A DNA stretch of 64,000 nucleotides from Spirochaetota bacterium (GCA_035403545.1 DAONFJ010000008.1:4384-68383); one strand, 5' to 3'; shown: positions 1-11,044, counted from the stretch's first letter. Made by a program: numbers and translations. Notes: generated from the letters alone by a model not told the origin.

Positions 1-176
1 CCGGCAGCACATTACAGATCCGTTACGGAGTTGAAAACTATTTTGTCCCGCAGAAAGAGGGAAAAATTATTGAAGGAAGCCTGAAAGATGTTTCTGTTGA
101 AGTATCCATTTCGGAAAACGGAGAGAGCGCAATTTCCAGGCTTTTTATCGCAGATAAGGAGATAAAGTTTTACTGA
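1..176 (+). CDS. 3' end of a GDYXXLXY-domain protein (partial; not in the ORF track)
   Basis: The frame from nt 3 reads GSTLQIRYGVENYFVPQKEGKIIEGSLKDVSVEVSISENGESAISRLFIADKEIKFY, stop TGA 174-176. YG(I/V)ExYFVPxxEG is the typical C-terminal motif of this family. Confidence 0.65.
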   Translation, partial: GSTLQIRYGVENYFVPQKEGKIIEGSLKDVSVEVSISENGESAISRLFIADKEIKFY

Positions 177-189
177 GAGCATCAATTTG

Positions 190-340
190 TCTCCCGCATC
201 TTTTATGGGGGAGATGTCGCTCCTGCGACAGATGGGGAGGTAAAATTTATTATACAACCAGCATTTATAAATACCGAGAGATTACCACACTGCCTCCCCA
301 TCCGCCCGTTGAGCACCTTCCCCATTAAAGATGGGGAAGG
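190..340. repeat. Inverted pair of REP-like elements between convergent genes
   Basis: The reverse complement of 190-240 (CCTCCCCATCTGTCGCAGGAGCGACATCTCCCCCATAAAAGATGCGGGAGA) resembles 293-340 (CCTCCCCATCCGCCCGTTGAGCACCTTCCCCATTAAAGATGGGGAAGG). Each ends in a hairpin. Confidence 0.6.
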
Positions 341-358
341 AACAGGAAAGAAACACTT

Positions 359-1804
359 CTAGTATCTGTAATGATCCGGCTTGTACGGCCCGTTTACCGG
401 AACATCTATATATGCGGCCTGCTCCTTTGTGAGCTTGGTAAGTTTTACTCCAAGCTTTTCAAGATGGAGCCGTGCAACTTCCTCATCAAGTATTTTCGGC
501 AATGTAAAAACTTTGTTCTCATGCTTTTTACCTGCGAGTTCAATCTGTGCAAGTGTCTGATTTGTAAAGCTGTTGCTCATTACAAAGCTTGGATGTCCTG
601 TAGCGCATCCCAGGTTTACAAGCCTTCCTTCTGCAAGAACGATGATTGATCTGCCTGATTCAAGAGTCCACCTGTCGACCTGCGGTTTGATTGTAACTTT
701 TCTGCATTTTGTATTTGTCTCAAGATAATGCATTGCAATCTCACTGTCGAAGTGGCCTATGTTGCATACAATGGCGTTATCCTTCATCTTTTCCATATGT
801 GCGCCTGTTATAACGTCCTTGTTCCCTGTTGTAGTAACAAAAATATCACCAAGAGGCGCAGCCTTTTCCATAGTAGTAACCTCGTACCCTTCCATTGCAG
901 CCTGGAGAGCACAGATCGGGTCGATCTCTGTAATAAGAACTCTCGCACCAAACCATCTCATTGACTGTGCGGAGCCTTTTCCAACGTCACCGTATCCGGC
1001 AACAACTACGACTTTTCCCGCAACCATAATATCTGTAGCTCTCTTGATTCCGTCAGCAAGAGATTCACGGCAGCCGTAAAGATTATCAAACTTGGACTTC
1101 GTAACAGAATCATTAACGTTTATCGCAGGGAAAAGAAGCTCGCCGTTTTTTTCCATCTGGTAGAGCCGATGAACACCGGTAGTAGTCTCTTCAGATACTC
1201 CGCGTATCTTTTTAACATTCTCTGTCCATCTTGCCGGGTACTTTTTAACGCATGACTTAACACGGTCGAGGATTATCTGCATCTCTTTGTGTTCAGCTTT
1301 CTGATCAAGGAACTTAGCATCTTTCTCTGCCTTATGGCAGTAGTGAATAAAGAGAGTAGCGTCTCCACCGTCATCAACAAGCAGGTCAGGACCGCTCCCG
1401 TCAGGCCATGTTAAAGCCATTTCTGTACACCACCAGTACTCTTCGAGTGATTCGCCCTTCCATGCAAATACAGGAGTTTTTCCAACTTTAGCAATTGCTG
1501 CAGCGGCATGATCCTGTGTTGAAAATATATTGCATGAAGCCCATCTTACATCAGCGCCAAGTGACGAAAGGGTTTCAATCAGAACCGCGGTCTGTATGGT
1601 CATGTGGAGACTTCCCGCGATTTTAAGTCCTTTAAGCGGTTTGGTCTTTCCGTATTTTTCCCTTACAGACATAAGTCCGGGCATTTCGACCTCTGCCAGT
1701 TCTATCTCTTTTCTTCCCCACTCGGCCAGGCTTATGTCCGCAACTTTATATGACAGTTTTGGTGCAAGGTCCTTAAGCTCTTCATTTGACATTTTAATGC
1801 TCAT
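359..1804 (-). CDS. ahcY: Adenosylhomocysteinase (SAH hydrolase)
   Basis: Motifs [100 protein letters not shown]. Confidence 0.97.
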   Translation of the reverse strand: MSIKMSNEELKDLAPKLSYKVADISLAEWGRKEIELAEVEMPGLMSVREKYGKTKPLKGLKIAGSLHMTIQTAVLIETLSSLGADVRWASCNIFSTQDHAAAAIAKVGKTPVFAWKGESLEEYWWCTEMALTWPDGSGPDLLVDDGGDATLFIHYCHKAEKDAKFLDQKAEHKEMQIILDRVKSCVKKYPARWTENVKKIRGVSEETTTGVHRLYQMEKNGELLFPAINVNDSVTKSKFDNLYGCRESLADGIKRATDIMVAGKVVVVAGYGDVGKGSAQSMRWFGARVLITEIDPICALQAAMEGYEVTTMEKAAPLGDIFVTTTGNKDVITGAHMEKMKDNAIVCNIGHFDSEIAMHYLETNTKCRKVTIKPQVDRWTLESGRSIIVLAEGRLVNLGCATGHPSFVMSNSFTNQTLAQIELAGKKHENKVFTLPKILDEEVARLHLEKLGVKLTKLTKEQAAYIDVPVNGPYKPDHYRY

Positions 1805-1843
1805 TTTTTTCTCCTTATAATTATCTGTCGCGGCTGACTTAAG

Positions 1844-1868
1844 TTCCCCTCCCGTCAGGAGAGGGGAA
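1844..1868. repeat. REP-like hairpin between sahR and ahcY
   Basis: TTCCCCTCCC-GTCA-GGAGAGGGGAA, the same style of hairpin as the elements at 190-340. Confidence 0.4.
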
Positions 1869-1888
1869 AGACATTCTGTCTGTCCCGA

Positions 1889-2806
1889 CTAAATTTTTTC
1901 CGAAACATATAACACTACATTTAAATCCTTTGCGGCAGTAAAAATTTTTGATTTCTTAAAAACGAATCCGTTTCCTTCAATCCACTTCTTCACAGTATCG
2001 GAAGAAAATCCAAGCCATCTGTGACCGTAATTGCTTCTAAGCGATTCGTCCCTGTGACTGTCAAGTTCCGCAATCACAAGCCGTCCCCCGCTCCTGACAA
2101 TTCTTGCCGCTTCCGCAAGAGCAACTGACGGGTCGTCAAGATAATGAAGCACCATGTTAATAACAGCACAATCCGTTTCCCCGTCCCTCACCGGCAGATG
2201 GGCAAGTTCACCGAGCCTCAGGTCAAAACCGTCTATGCCCAGGGACTTAAGGTACTTACCCGCTTCTTCGAGCATCCCGGATGAGCGGTCTACCCCGATT
2301 ATTTTTTCAGATTTTGACAGAAGCCGTTCAGCCAGTTCACCATTACCGCAGCCGAGATCAGCGGTGCATCTGCATTTTCCGATTGCTTTTACTATTTCTG
2401 AATTAAGGTCAAGCTCACCGAGTATTTCACGCCGTATCTTTTTCCAGTCAGAAGCAACTTTGTTGAAATATGCCTTCCCCTTTTCTCCGCGTTCTTTAAT
2501 ATACTTATCCAGGCGGAGAATATCCAGTGAAAAGGGTTCCTCGCTCTTCAGCCTTGTATCTATAAGCCTGATAAGTTCACCGGAGAAGTTCATGCCCTCC
2601 GCTTTGTAAAAAACCCACAGTCCGTCTTTTCTCGAAGATATAAGTGAGGAATCAGAAAGAATTTTAAGATGACGCGAAATTCTTGACTGCCCCATGCCGA
2701 GTATGGATACAATTTCATTGACATTCAGCTCCTTCTTAAAAAGAAGATTTACAATTCTAAGCCTTGTTTCGTCAGCAAGAGCTTTAAAATAATTTACTGT
2801 TTCCAT
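1889..2806 (-). CDS. sahR: ArsR-family HTH fused to a class I SAM-methyltransferase-like domain; SahR-type repressor
   Basis: N-terminal ArsR HTH (FKALADETRLRI...QSRISRHLKIL), C-terminal DLGCGNG SAM-binding motif, located directly upstream of ahcY as in SahR regulons. Confidence 0.8.
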   Translation of the reverse strand: METVNYFKALADETRLRIVNLLFKKELNVNEIVSILGMGQSRISRHLKILSDSSLISSRKDGLWVFYKAEGMNFSGELIRLIDTRLKSEEPFSLDILRLDKYIKERGEKGKAYFNKVASDWKKIRREILGELDLNSEIVKAIGKCRCTADLGCGNGELAERLLSKSEKIIGVDRSSGMLEEAGKYLKSLGIDGFDLRLGELAHLPVRDGETDCAVINMVLHYLDDPSVALAEAARIVRSGGRLVIAELDSHRDESLRSNYGHRWLGFSSDTVKKWIEGNGFVFKKSKIFTAAKDLNVVLYVSEKI

Positions 2807-2862
2807 AACTATATCAATATATCCTGATATAGTTATATAATAAGATAACCGCTATTCGTCAA
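2805..2862 (-). promoter_or_regulatory. sigma70 promoter plus SahR-type operator palindrome
   Basis: Palindrome ATAACTATATCA-N8-TGATATAGTTAT (2805-2836, 12-bp perfect arms) with core ATATCAATATATCCTGATAT. Minus-strand TTGACG (2862-2857)-17-TATATA (2839-2834). Confidence 0.75.
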
Positions 2863-3105
2863 GCTTTTTTAGAAAAAATCAGCAAATCTCCGGCTGTTAA
2901 AATCAATCTGCACACTCCGGGCGGGCGTAAAAAGATGGGATATGGCACAATTCACCGCACAACAAGGATATTACTAATTTGCTCATGTTCGGCGACATCT
3001 GCCGCCCCTGCTCATCATGAAAAAACACGTATTATGAGAAACCTCTGTTGACAGTTCAAACCCGATATGATACCTTAATGCAAAATTTTATATGAAGGTG
3101 AAAAT

Positions 3106-3768
3106 ATGAACTATCCTTTATCAATCTGGATTCTAATTGCATGCCTCATTCTGATTTTTATTATCCGGCAGATTTCTGTTGTTCTTAAAAAAAAATTTAT
3201 ACGGCTTATTACTACACCGCTCATTACCTACTTCATCTGCGGCATTGCTGCCGTAGGAATTTACAATTACGGCAGCGGAATTGAATGGATGATTCTCGCA
3301 GCACTTGGACTTTCTCTTATCGCTGATGCTGTACTTATGATCGAAAACAGGGACCTCTTCACTCACGGACTTATTTTTTTTCTCGGCACACATATTTTTT
3401 ATATTATTGTGTTTTCCGAATGGTACCGGTTTTTGTGGAGTGATATTCCTGCGGGAATTATTCTTCTGGGGCTGATGGCGTTTCTGGTATATAAATTTTA
3501 TAAAGCAGGAAACCTCGGTGCGATGATGTTTCCAGTTATAGGATATATCACTGCTCTTTCACTTGTTGTATTTTTTTCACTTAATGGCGCTTTTCAGAAT
3601 GGGGATACATCATCATATCTGATTGCATGCGGGGCAGTCCTTTTTTATATTTCTGATGCGATACTGGGCTGGACTCAATTTGTAAAATACTACAAATTAA
3701 CAACACTCTACGTATGGTTCTTCTACGCGCCCGGACAGTTTCTGATAGCTTTGTCGCTTTTATATTGA
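3106..3768 (+). CDS. YhhN-family membrane protein (lysoplasmalogenase-like)
   Basis: Multi-TM protein with ALGLSLIADAVL, GLIFFLGTHIFY, GAVLFYISDAILG and YAPGQFLIA motifs. Confidence 0.85.
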   Translation: MNYPLSIWILIACLILIFIIRQISVVLKKKFIRLITTPLITYFICGIAAVGIYNYGSGIEWMILAALGLSLIADAVLMIENRDLFTHGLIFFLGTHIFYIIVFSEWYRFLWSDIPAGIILLGLMAFLVYKFYKAGNLGAMMFPVIGYITALSLVVFFSLNGAFQNGDTSSYLIACGAVLFYISDAILGWTQFVKYYKLTTLYVWFFYAPGQFLIALSLLY

Positions 3769-3780
3769 TCTCTTTTTTAC

Positions 3781-3808
3781 AGCCGCTCCCTGAAATCGGG
3801 GGCGGCTT
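3781..3808 (+). terminator. Probable intrinsic terminator
   Basis: AGCCGCTCCC-TGAAATC-GGGGGCGGCT followed by TCAGTTT, just after the YhhN stop. Confidence 0.5.
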
Positions 3809-3921
3809 CAGTTTATAAAAAACCCGGGCTTTTACATGGTTTAATTTTTGTTGTTGCTCTTTCTTCCGAAGCAATGCATAAATAGACAGCATTACTATTT
3901 TTTAAATCCGCGAGGTAATTT

Positions 3922-4710
3922 ATGAATCTTAAAAAAATTCTTCTTTCAGCAGCCGGCATCATCCTCGTTTCAGCTGTTACAATCTTTTTCATGATAATCT
4001 TTCCCTTCATCGGGACTAAAAAAATCCAGGATAAGGGAGTATTTGCCGGGGGGAATATTATCAATGTAGTAGACGGCATGTCCCAGGTATTCATCATAGA
4101 TGGAGGAAACAGCGAGATCGGACTTGTTGATGCCGGTAATTCACCCGACGGCAAACCGGTCATCGAAGCACTTCGATCCAAGGGTTTTAAGTCCTCTGAT
4201 GTAAAAGCCATTTTCCTTACACACGGGCATTCTGACCATATTGCATCTGCAAAAATTTTCCCCCGGGCAAAGATCTACAGCCTGAAGGAAGAGGTTGAAA
4301 TTGCTGAAGGTTTAAAAAACAATCCATCTCCGGTCGGACGAATATTCTCTCCCAAACCTACAGGATTAAAAGTAACCAATATTCTGAAAGACGGCGAAAA
4401 AGTAAATCTTGGTTCATTAACAGTTGAAGCCTTTTCAATTCCAGGGCATACGGAAGGAAGCGCGGCTTATCTTATTAACGGTGTATTATTTCTCGGCGAC
4501 GCGGCGCTTTCTTCATCAGACGGGAAGATCAGACATGCAGTGTGGGCTTTCAGTTCAGACGTCAATCAGCAGAACAGGTCGCTTAAGTCACTGTCTGAAA
4601 GACTGACACCACGTAAAATCGGGATTAAAACTATTCTCTTTTCACATTCAGGTTATCTTGAGGGGATGCAGCCTCTCATCGATTTTGTATCACAATCGAA
4701 TATAAAATAA
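3922..4710 (+). CDS. Metallo-beta-lactamase-fold hydrolase with N-terminal membrane anchor
   Basis: THGHSDH, PGHTEGS, FLGDA and FSHSG metal-binding motifs; hydrophobic N-terminus. Confidence 0.85.
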   Translation: MNLKKILLSAAGIILVSAVTIFFMIIFPFIGTKKIQDKGVFAGGNIINVVDGMSQVFIIDGGNSEIGLVDAGNSPDGKPVIEALRSKGFKSSDVKAIFLTHGHSDHIASAKIFPRAKIYSLKEEVEIAEGLKNNPSPVGRIFSPKPTGLKVTNILKDGEKVNLGSLTVEAFSIPGHTEGSAAYLINGVLFLGDAALSSSDGKIRHAVWAFSSDVNQQNRSLKSLSERLTPRKIGIKTILFSHSGYLEGMQPLIDFVSQSNIK

Positions 4711-4751
4711 AGGTTTTTTACTGAATAAATTGATATTCACAATATTTGTAA

Positions 4752-4776
4752 CATGACGCTCCGGGTGAGCGTCATG
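4752..4776. terminator. Hairpin between convergent genes
   Basis: CATGACGCTC-CGGGT-GAGCGTCATG, a perfect 10-bp stem. Confidence 0.55.
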
Positions 4777-4786
4777 CAGCATACTC

Positions 4787-6379
4787 TTAAACCTCATTCA
4801 TTCCGCTTACGGCTTTTTCCGTATCAACCATGACATCGACTGCATTTTCATGAATCTCATGCGCAGTCCTTGCCATATCTTTAATCTCATTAACCATTTC
4901 ATTAAGTATTACAATCAGATCCTCGAGCGCCTGAGAGGTTGACTCAACCGCGACCTTCTGTTCATCCGTAGCTGTACCTATTTTTTTCGCCAGCATTATA
5001 TTATCATTCATCTGGCCGATTATAATCTTAATGTACTTCTCTTCAATGAATATGCTTTCCTGGAGAAGCTGAATCTTATGCGCACTCTGGCCCATGTGTG
5101 CTATCATTTCACGCATCATCTCTGCGGTTTTCTGAATTACGGAAACACCATCAACTGTGTTCTTTGAACTATCAGAGAGAACTTTATTTATTTCCTTTAT
5201 ACTCTCCTGTGTCTGAAACGCGAGCTTACCGATCTCGTCAGCAACTACCGCGAAACCCCTTCCTGCTTCACCGGCACGCGCAGCTTCAATCGATGCGTTG
5301 AGTGAAAGAAGATTTATTTTGTCAGCAATATCAACAATAAGATTAACCGTATCTCCTATACGCCCACTCTGCTCTTTAATCGCAAAAACGGTTTTTTCTA
5401 CTTCCATTAACTGGTCATTGGCAACAGTACTTTTATCTGAAACAGACTGAATATCCGCGTATGTCTCAGCGAGGTTCTGCTTGGTCTCAACCTGAATGTT
5501 TCTAAACTCATCCACGATAGATTCCATTTTAACATTCCCCTCTATCTGGATTATTGACTCGGAAGCGATCTGTTCTGCAGAACCTGCCAGCTCCTCCATT
5601 GTTGCTGACATTTCGGAAAAACTTGATGCCTGGGTTTCCATCTTAAGATTAAACCTGTTTATAAGTTCATGCTGGTTGTTTACTTTCTGAAAAAGAACAT
5701 TCATTTTCTCTTTGATTATTGCAGTCATTGACATCTGGGTATCGGCGTGCTTTTTAATCCTGTCTGTCTGCTCGAGTGATCTCTCTTCATACTTGATGAT
5801 ATCCGGAATATTTCTGTAGGTAATCACCATTATTAAGGCCATTGAAATGAGAACGAATACCTCCCGCAGTATAATAACTCCGGAAGTAACCGGCACGCCA
5901 TTAATACTGCTGTCCCAGTAAAATTCCGCGCCATTGATATATGCCAGATACAAAATACAGATCCAGCTTGCTATTGATGCAAAACTGAAAAATTTAAAAA
6001 GATTAGGCTGGTAAAAAAGATAAAGCATGATAACGTATAGTACCATCAGAGATGTACTGTTTGTTGACTGCACCGCAAAAGTCCATCCCTCTTTAAACGC
6101 ATAACTGAATTTTATAATAATCGGCCCTGATACACTGGTAAAACCGAGTATCCATGGTATTAAATTTGCTTTAAGCCCCCGGCTCTTCTTATAATAAATT
6201 ATAAAGGCCAATATCAGGTTAATGGAATTTATAAAACAAACAAGCAATATCGCTTTGAATCTTACTCCGGCAAGGGATTGGAAAAGAACTGCCAGAAAGA
6301 AAACAGCGGCAAATGCCAATAAATAATAAAATGCGCCTTTTTTTTCAAGATACTGTCTTGCTGTAAGTTTTACACTCAT
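4787..6379 (-). CDS. Methyl-accepting chemotaxis protein with multi-TM N-terminus (paralogue A)
   Basis: Hairpin tip [37 protein letters not shown]; several TM helices at the N-terminus. Confidence 0.92.
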   Translation of the reverse strand: MSVKLTARQYLEKKGAFYYLLAFAAVFFLAVLFQSLAGVRFKAILLVCFINSINLILAFIIYYKKSRGLKANLIPWILGFTSVSGPIIIKFSYAFKEGWTFAVQSTNSTSLMVLYVIMLYLFYQPNLFKFFSFASIASWICILYLAYINGAEFYWDSSINGVPVTSGVIILREVFVLISMALIMVITYRNIPDIIKYEERSLEQTDRIKKHADTQMSMTAIIKEKMNVLFQKVNNQHELINRFNLKMETQASSFSEMSATMEELAGSAEQIASESIIQIEGNVKMESIVDEFRNIQVETKQNLAETYADIQSVSDKSTVANDQLMEVEKTVFAIKEQSGRIGDTVNLIVDIADKINLLSLNASIEAARAGEAGRGFAVVADEIGKLAFQTQESIKEINKVLSDSSKNTVDGVSVIQKTAEMMREMIAHMGQSAHKIQLLQESIFIEEKYIKIIIGQMNDNIMLAKKIGTATDEQKVAVESTSQALEDLIVILNEMVNEIKDMARTAHEIHENAVDVMVDTEKAVSGMNEV

Positions 6380-6532
6380 AATCCCTCTTAATAATCCTTT
6401 CTCAATTAAATTATCGGACAGTCCGGACGGTTTCTTAAAGGTATTTTTAATTTAATATACACAATAAAAGAGATGGAATTTTCATCTGCACCACGATATT
6501 GATTCCATATAAGACACAGTAAATACACAAAA

Positions 6533-6558
6533 AACGCCCTGCCGTTTCCGGGGGCGTT
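6533..6558 (-). terminator. Intrinsic terminator after MCP paralogue B
   Basis: Minus strand reads AACGCCCCCGGAAACGGCAGGGCGTT followed by TTTT. Confidence 0.6.
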
Positions 6559-6597
6559 ATAATAAGCTTATCAGTGCCGGCAGTCTTAAGAAAAAAA

Positions 6598-8178
6598 TTA
6601 TCCGTTCACAGCTCTTTCCGTATCGACCATAACATCAACGGCACTTTCATGGATTTCAGTGGCGACACTTGCCATCTGCTTAATCTCATCAACCATTTCG
6701 TTGAGTATTACAATTAAATCTTCAAGAGCCAGGGAAGTGGACTCAACCGCCACCTTCTGCTCGTCTGTAGCTGTACCTATCTTTTTTGCCTGAGAGATAT
6801 TTTCGCCCATCTGCCCTATTATAATTTTGATGTACTTTTCTTCAATGAAGATGCTCTCCTGAAGAAGCTGAATCTTCTCCGCTCCCTGGCCCATATGTGC
6901 AATCATCTCACGCATCATTTCCGCAGTTTTCTGGATAACGACAACTCCATCAACCGTGTTTTTTGAGCTGTCCGAGAGAACTTTATTTATTTCTTTAATA
7001 CTTTCCTGTGTCTGAAACGCGAGCTTGCCGATCTCGTCAGCAACGACAGCAAAACCGCGTCCCGACTCGCCGGCACGTGCAGCTTCGATCGCGGCATTTA
7101 GTGAAAGCAGATTAATTTTATCAGCAATATCTATTATAAGATTTACAGTCTCTCCGATCCGTCCGCTCTGATCTTTAATCGCGAACACTGTTTTCTCAAC
7201 TTCCTTCAACTGTTCATTAGCAACAGTACTTTTATCTGAAACAGACTGAATATTAGTATATGTTTCAGCAAGATTCTGTTTTGTCTCGGACTGGATATTT
7301 TTAAACTCATCCACGATGGATTCCATTTTAATGTTACCATCGATCTGATATACAGACTCAGTCGCAATCTGCTCTGCCGAACCTGCAAGTTCTTCCATTG
7401 TAGCAGACATCTCGGAAAAACTTGCTGCCTGGGTTTCCATCTTAAGATTAAGCCTGTTTACAAGTTCATGCAGGCCGTCAACTTTACGAAATAGTAAATT
7501 CATCTTATCTTTAATCATTGCAGTCATTGATACCTGGGTATCAGCCTGCTTTTGTATTTTGTCTGTCTGATCCTGCACACGCTGTTCGTATTTTATTATT
7601 TCTGGGATGTTTATATATGTTATGATCAGTATAACTATCATAATTATAAACACATAAATTTCTCTCGCTATGATGATCCCTGAAATAATCGGTACTCCAT
7701 TATTATAACTGTTCCAATGGAACTCTCCGCCGTTTATATATGCCAGATAAAGGAATAAAAGCCAGTTACCCATTGCAACAATACTGTAAAACTTGAACAG
7801 GTTAGGCTGATAAAAAAGATAGAGCATGGCCGCAAATGCCACCATCACAAGTGTACAGTTACTTGATTGCGCCGCGAAAGTCCATCCGCTGTCAAAAACA
7901 TAATTATATTTTACTGCAATAGGAGCACATAGGCTGGTAAAACCGAGCACCCATGGAGTTATATTCGCTTTTACTCCCCTGCTCTTTTTATAAAAAACAA
8001 AATAAGAAAGACTCAGATTAAATGAATTTACAACTATACCGGGAAGAATATCTTTAAAATTGATATCTGCTAAAATCTGAAATGTAAATGAAAAGAAAAA
8101 AAGTATCGCATAAGTCAAAAAATAAATTAATGCGCCCCGCTTTTCCAGATGCTGTCGTGCTGTTAATTGTACCATCAT
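6598..8178 (-). CDS. Methyl-accepting chemotaxis protein with multi-TM N-terminus (paralogue B)
   Basis: [37 protein letters not shown]; collinear along its whole length with 4787-6379. Confidence 0.92.
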   Translation of the reverse strand: MMVQLTARQHLEKRGALIYFLTYAILFFFSFTFQILADINFKDILPGIVVNSFNLSLSYFVFYKKSRGVKANITPWVLGFTSLCAPIAVKYNYVFDSGWTFAAQSSNCTLVMVAFAAMLYLFYQPNLFKFYSIVAMGNWLLFLYLAYINGGEFHWNSYNNGVPIISGIIIAREIYVFIIMIVILIITYINIPEIIKYEQRVQDQTDKIQKQADTQVSMTAMIKDKMNLLFRKVDGLHELVNRLNLKMETQAASFSEMSATMEELAGSAEQIATESVYQIDGNIKMESIVDEFKNIQSETKQNLAETYTNIQSVSDKSTVANEQLKEVEKTVFAIKDQSGRIGETVNLIIDIADKINLLSLNAAIEAARAGESGRGFAVVADEIGKLAFQTQESIKEINKVLSDSSKNTVDGVVVIQKTAEMMREMIAHMGQGAEKIQLLQESIFIEEKYIKIIIGQMGENISQAKKIGTATDEQKVAVESTSLALEDLIVILNEMVDEIKQMASVATEIHESAVDVMVDTERAVNG

Positions 8179-8364
8179 AAACCTTCACCTCCTTGAAGAT
8201 AGATTAAATTTCCAATCATACCTTAATTACTGATATGCTGTGAAATGAGGCTTTTTTTGTCAATTTACAATTTTAATATACATAAAGTAGAGGAATATCT
8301 AATTAAAAGCATTATAATATCATTTATTCACCTATGAAAATGTCTGCAAATCACAATAAAAATA

Positions 8365-8393
8365 TTGACACTAAAACTCTAATGTGACATAAT
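8365..8393 (+). promoter_or_regulatory. Near-consensus sigma70 promoter upstream of nrdJ
   Basis: TTGACA (8365-8370)-17-CATAAT (8388-8393), with an extended -10 TGn. Confidence 0.6.
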
Positions 8394-8725
8394 ATAAAAA
8401 ATGGAGAGATTTCCCCCTGATTCTGTATGATACTTTAAGTTTATCCGGAGGAGGCTCTTATTATAATAAGGGATATTTAATCCGCTTTAAATGTTAATCA
8501 GCTGATCAATCAGAAACGGCAGATTTTCATCTTCAGAATTTGCCGGAACTTCAGGCTCAGAAGTATTTTTATTCATAATTATATGGGTAGTTCTAAAAAT
8601 TTATTTATCTCGAAATGCATACAGATTGAAATCCGGAATTTATCGAAAAATTTAAAAATAATTGTATATTCAGAAACAACTTAAAATAGAAAATGACCAT
8701 ATATAATAACATAAAGGAAAAAATT

Positions 8726-11044
8726 ATGAACAGTAGAAACCAAAATCAGATAATAATAAATTCGGAGATCAAACCCGCTCTTTCAAAGAACTCAATTACT
8801 GTTCTTGAAAAAAGATATCTTGTACGCGACAGGAATGGAAACATTATCGAAACTCCCGAAGGATTATTCCGGAGAGTAGCAGGCTTTGTGGCAGCTGCGG
8901 ATGCATTCTATGGGGCGGAGGAAAATGAAGTAAATAAAACAGCTTCCAGATTTTATGAAATGATGGCAGAATTGAAATTTATGCCTAACAGCCCTACTCT
9001 TATGAATGCAGGGAGGCCGCTTGGCCAGCTTTCAGCATGTTTTGTCCTTCCTGTTGAGGATTCGATGGATGGAATTTTTGACTCTCTTAAAAATATGGCG
9101 CTGATTCATAAAAGCGGAGGAGGAACGGGTTTCTCCTTTTCGAAGCTGAGGCCTAAAAATGACATAGTAAGCAGCACAGCAGGAGTTTCAAGCGGCCCGG
9201 TTTCCTTTATGAATATTTTCAATTCCGCAACTGAAACAGTAAAACAGGGCGGAACACGCCGCGGAGCGAATATGGCAATTCTGAACATTGACCATCCCGA
9301 TATCATGGAATTTATTCAGTCTAAATCTGATCTCTCATCACTGACCAACTTCAATATATCCGTGGCCCTGACCGACAGCTTTATGCAGGCAGTAAAAAAC
9401 AACGAGGATTATGACCTTATAAATCCGCGAAGCGGAGAATCGTGCGGGAAACTTAACGCGAAAAAAGTTTACGACCTTATCACTGAAATGGCATGGAAAA
9501 ACGGAGAACCGGGAATAATTTTTATTGATAGAATAAACAAGTACAACCCGCTGAAAAAAGTAGGACTAATAGAAAGTACAAATCCATGCGGAGAACAGCC
9601 TCTCCTGCCGTACGAATCATGCAACCTTGGATCGATCAACTTAAATAAAGTACTGAGAACAAAAGGTAAAAAAACAGAAATAGATTTTGATTTACTTAAA
9701 GAAGTTACCCGTGACGCGGTGCATTTTCTTGACAACGTTATAGATATGAATTCATACCCGCTGAAAGAAATAGAGCTGAAAACGAAGGCTAACAGAAAAA
9801 TCGGTCTTGGAATTATGGGCTACGCGGATATGCTCATAAAACTCGGGATTCCCTATGACTCAGAAGAGGGAGTTGAGATAGCCGGACAGATAATGTCAAC
9901 GATACAGAGCGAATCCAAAATAAAGTCCCGGGAACTGGCCGAAACACGCGGCGCATTCCCGAACTTTAATCTCTCTGACTATGCGGAAAGAGGGGAAAAG
10001 CCGTTTCGCAACGCGACTACTACAACGATCGCTCCTACAGGTACAATAAGTATTCTTACGGATTCATCAAGCGGAATTGAGCCGCTTTTTGCGCTGGCAT
10101 ATGTAAGAAACGTAATGGATAACAATAAACTGATCGAGTCTAATCCCGCATTCGAGGAAGCTGTAAAATCTCTCGGGGATAAAATAGAATTCACAACTGT
10201 AATGGAAAAAATAGCTGACGAAGGATCGGCCCGTAACGTCAGCGAACTGCCTGACAGCATCAAAAATATTTTTGTAACAGCTCACGACATCTCGCCGGAA
10301 TGGCATATTAAAACACAGGCTGTATTCCAGAAATATATAGATAACGCGGTTTCCAAAACTGTAAACTTTTCTCACACAGCAACTGTTGAAGATATAAGAA
10401 AAGTGTACAACATGGCCTATGAACTTGAATGCAAAGGTGTTACAGTTTACCGGGACGGTTCAAGAGACAACCAGGTGCTGCAGATATCTAATCAGCCTCA
10501 GGAAAAATCAGAAGAAGCAACTTCAGAAATATTCAGAGCGGTTGCTCCGCGCCCCAGACATGAAGTTACATGGGGTGCCACAAGAAAAATGAATACAGGA
10601 TGCGGTTCGCTTTATGTTACCATCAATGAAGATGAACAGGGGATCTTTGAAGTATTCGCCGCGATGGGTAAAGGCGGCGGATGTGCCGCCAGCCAGACAG
10701 AGGCAATCGGAAGGCTCATATCTCTTGCCCTTAGAGCGGGAGTTGATAAGGAACAGATAATCAAACAGCTGAAAGGTGTGAGATGCCCTAACCAGTCATG
10801 GGAAAAAGGGGGACGGATATATTCATGTTCTGATGCGATAGCAAAAGCTATTGAAAGATACGCGGGTATTGATAACGCGAAGAGTGAAAATATATTTGCT
10901 GACACGGCAAAATATATAGCAGAAACAAACGGCAAAAGCAATGACAGTGTAGTTACAGGAGTATGCCCTGATTGCCACGGCCCGCTTGAGTTTGAATCAG
11001 GATGTTCCGTATGCAGAGGCTGCGGATTTTCAAGATGCGGCTGA
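8726..11044 (+). CDS. nrdJ: Class II (adenosylcobalamin-dependent) ribonucleotide reductase with C-terminal TSCPD/zinc-ribbon region; the ORF track start at 8693 is an alternative
   Basis: PNSPTLMNAG, QLSACFVL, TNPCGEQPL, CNLGSINL, TTIAPTGTIS, GVTVYRDGSR, terminal CPDC...CRGC. No class I tyrosyl tail. RBS AAAGGA precedes ATG 8726. Confidence 0.92.
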   Translation: MNSRNQNQIIINSEIKPALSKNSITVLEKRYLVRDRNGNIIETPEGLFRRVAGFVAAADAFYGAEENEVNKTASRFYEMMAELKFMPNSPTLMNAGRPLGQLSACFVLPVEDSMDGIFDSLKNMALIHKSGGGTGFSFSKLRPKNDIVSSTAGVSSGPVSFMNIFNSATETVKQGGTRRGANMAILNIDHPDIMEFIQSKSDLSSLTNFNISVALTDSFMQAVKNNEDYDLINPRSGESCGKLNAKKVYDLITEMAWKNGEPGIIFIDRINKYNPLKKVGLIESTNPCGEQPLLPYESCNLGSINLNKVLRTKGKKTEIDFDLLKEVTRDAVHFLDNVIDMNSYPLKEIELKTKANRKIGLGIMGYADMLIKLGIPYDSEEGVEIAGQIMSTIQSESKIKSRELAETRGAFPNFNLSDYAERGEKPFRNATTTTIAPTGTISILTDSSSGIEPLFALAYVRNVMDNNKLIESNPAFEEAVKSLGDKIEFTTVMEKIADEGSARNVSELPDSIKNIFVTAHDISPEWHIKTQAVFQKYIDNAVSKTVNFSHTATVEDIRKVYNMAYELECKGVTVYRDGSRDNQVLQISNQPQEKSEEATSEIFRAVAPRPRHEVTWGATRKMNTGCGSLYVTINEDEQGIFEVFAAMGKGGGCAASQTEAIGRLISLALRAGVDKEQIIKQLKGVRCPNQSWEKGGRIYSCSDAIAKAIERYAGIDNAKSENIFADTAKYIAETNGKSNDSVVTGVCPDCHGPLEFESGCSVCRGCGFSRCG

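Noticed and set aside
12-257. 81-aa minus-strand ORF in the track
   Set aside because: It is the shadow of the plus-strand GDYXXLXY C-terminus and of the repeats.
1805-1888. SAH or SAM riboswitch upstream of ahcY
   Set aside because: The gap is only 84 nt and holds a REP-like hairpin. No riboswitch core was recognised, and the SahR operator explains regulation.
8394-8725. Cobalamin riboswitch or NrdR boxes upstream of nrdJ
   Set aside because: No B12-box (GCCACTG / GGGAAG-type) elements and no convincing ACACWATATATWGTG match were seen by eye.
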